NCBI GenBank assembly: GCA_049969615.1
Contig: JBMFOM010000005.1
Coordinates: 1 to 41,161 of the forward strand
Direction: 5' to 3'
Source: a candidate division WOR-3 bacterium
GTDB lineage: Bacteria > Hydrothermota > Hydrothermia > JBDRYB01
DNA: 41,161 nt
A program made the translations under genes and the position numbers. Shown in pieces: positions 39,434-41,161 of the stretch. How positions within the stretch are numbered: the stretch's first letter is position 1; each line of letters starts with the position of its first letter. Under the pieces are notes generated by a model. That model searched no databases. It was not told where the DNA came from and saw only the letters and a program-made list of their open reading frames with translations.

Positions 39434-40750
39434 ATGATAAAGCTTACAGTATCCGGACTAAGGGGCGTCGCTGGGTCTGACCTGACGCCCGAGGTGGTTA
39501 TCAGATACACATCGGCGTTTTCGGTCTGGGCTGGTCCGGGGCAATACATACTGGCCAGAGACACGAGGCCCCACGGCCCAGCCATATATCACCTGGTTTC
39601 CGGAACCCTCCTCACCATGGGCAGGCATATCATCCACCTTGATGTGGTGCCTACACCAACAGCCTTGCTCCATACCAGAAAAAGGGGCGCCGCCGGCGGA
39701 ATCGTGATAACGGCAAGCCATAACCCAATAGAGTGGAACGCACTCAAGTTCACAAAGCGCGGCGGGGTCTTTCCTCTGGCCGAAGAGGTCTCGGAGATAG
39801 CCAGGTTAGCCGAAGAGGCACAGGGATTCGCGTCATACAACTCCTTTGGCCGGGAGGAACGCGACCCAGACCCGCTTTTGGCTCACCTTGAGGCCGTCAT
39901 GTCCTCAAGGTTCGTTGAAAGGGCGGATGGCATTAATGTGGCTGTTGACGCGATCAACGGCGCTGGTTCCTTTGCGCTTCCCAGGCTCATGGAAGAAATG
40001 GGCGTTTCCGTTCAAAGGCTCAATTGCGAGGGTTCAGGGATATTTGTTCACCCGCCCGAACCCAAAAAAGAGCACCTACCGAAGCTGGATGCTCTGCTCA
40101 TTGAAGCTAGGGCTGATCTGGGCCTGGCATGTGATCCGGACGCGGATAGACTGCTTGTTGGCGTGAAGGGGCGGGGTCTCCTTTCGGAGGAACACACCCT
40201 TCCATTGGTCGCGTGGGTAATCCTATCAGAAAACCCCGGGACCGTAATCACCAATTTTTCCTCGTCCATGATGACCGAACATGTTGCGAAAAGGTTTGGC
40301 TCAAGGGTAGTCAGGGTTCCGGTCGGTGAGGCATATCTTTTTGACGCGGCCGAGAGAGAGAAAGCGGTCCTCGCGGGCGAGGGTGGTGGCGGGATAATCA
40401 TACCCGAGATAAACCCGACAAGGGACGCGCTGGCCGCGGCTGGGGTCATACTCTCCCTAGCCGCCAGAGGCGAGCTGCCGGACGCGCTCTCCTCCATCCC
40501 ATCTTTCAGGATGGTCAAGCTCAGGTTCCCCGGCGAGGACTCCGCGGATGTCGCGAACAAAATAGCCAGGGCAAGGGAACTGGCCGAGAAAACATGGCCC
40601 GGCCTGGAAAAGGATTACTCAGACGGGGTCTATATAAGGGCAGAGGACTGGTGGATTCACCTTAGGCCCTCCAACACCGAACCAATAATAAGGCTATATG
40701 CGGAGGGCAATTGTGAGGTGGAGGTCGGGGAGATAAAGAGGCTTTTGTAA
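39434..40750 (+). CDS. Phosphohexomutase (GlmM / phosphomannomutase family)
   Basis: SGLRG, RDTR, ITASHNP, DPDADR, PVGEA, GEGGGG, RPSNTEPIIRLYAE. Confidence 0.92.
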   Translation: MIKLTVSGLRGVAGSDLTPEVVIRYTSAFSVWAGPGQYILARDTRPHGPAIYHLVSGTLLTMGRHIIHLDVVPTPTALLHTRKRGAAGGIVITASHNPIEWNALKFTKRGGVFPLAEEVSEIARLAEEAQGFASYNSFGREERDPDPLLAHLEAVMSSRFVERADGINVAVDAINGAGSFALPRLMEEMGVSVQRLNCEGSGIFVHPPEPKKEHLPKLDALLIEARADLGLACDPDADRLLVGVKGRGLLSEEHTLPLVAWVILSENPGTVITNFSSSMMTEHVAKRFGSRVVRVPVGEAYLFDAAEREKAVLAGEGGGGIIIPEINPTRDALAAAGVILSLAARGELPDALSSIPSFRMVKLRFPGEDSADVANKIARARELAEKTWPGLEKDYSDGVYIRAEDWWIHLRPSNTEPIIRLYAEGNCEVEVGEIKRLL

Positions 40751-40779
40751 CCCACCTTCTGCGCAGGATCAAACGTTTG
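40749..40779 (+). repeat. Repeat C copy overlapping the phosphomutase stop codon
   Basis: TAA-CCCACCTTCTGCGCAGGATCAAACGTTTG. Confidence 0.75.
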
Positions 40780-41161
40780 TGAAACTCACCTGACGCATCT
40801 CAGCCCTTTATGGATTGAAGGCGCGGCCGTGGCACAAGGGCCTCGCAATCGGTCCGGGTCTCTGAGCGTGAGCATTATGGCCAGGGCAAGGCCAGAGAGT
40901 TGGCCCAGGAATAGTTGAACGAGGCCTTCAGCTCCCTTTATCCTATGGAGGATAAGGTTGTTTTTCATTTGTCCGCCTCATTTCTTAATTCTCTCTTTCA
41001 TGGAGGCGGACATTTTAGTCTGAGGCCATGGGCCGGGGCCAGCTGAGCCGGATCTGATCAGTCCTAATTCAAGCTACAGCTGAATTCCGCGCCTGGCCGT
41101 GATCCCGGCTGATAAGCAGTAATAAACTACCACATGCACCAACTCTTAATGGGATTTTTGA

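Overview
Gene-dense bacterial chromosomal window made mostly of housekeeping genes: guaB, corA, tig, clpP-clpX-lon, leuS, tRNA-Asp, aroQ, proS-rimP-nusA-infB, miaB, purC-purS and a phosphohexomutase. These are interspersed with envelope proteins (beta-barrels, lipoproteins, GT-C glycosyltransferases) and orphans. The organism is probably a diderm, possibly from an uncultured lineage; this is a guess. No CRISPR array, rRNA, integrase or transposase was seen. Four unusual things stand out. (1) A YbjN/T3SS-chaperone-fold gene is translationally coupled to a ClpA-like ATPase. The second AAA+ ring of this ATPase has lost every catalytic motif but keeps the GYVG pore loop and the ClpP-docking IGF loop. 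(2) At least five families of short repeats (A-E, 25-115 bp, several with terminal inverted repeats) are stacked in different combinations and orientations in most larger intergenic gaps. One family (C) forms TTGATC-17-TANNNT promoters at two loci. (3) About 14 first-in-operon genes have a TANNNT box only 5-10 nt before the start codon and no Shine-Dalgarno, suggesting leaderless or near-leaderless transcripts. (4) There is a solitary NurA, a stand-alone NERD nuclease and a Cys/Trp-rich secreted protein plus lipoprotein pair. All assignments come from reading motifs by eye; no database search was run.
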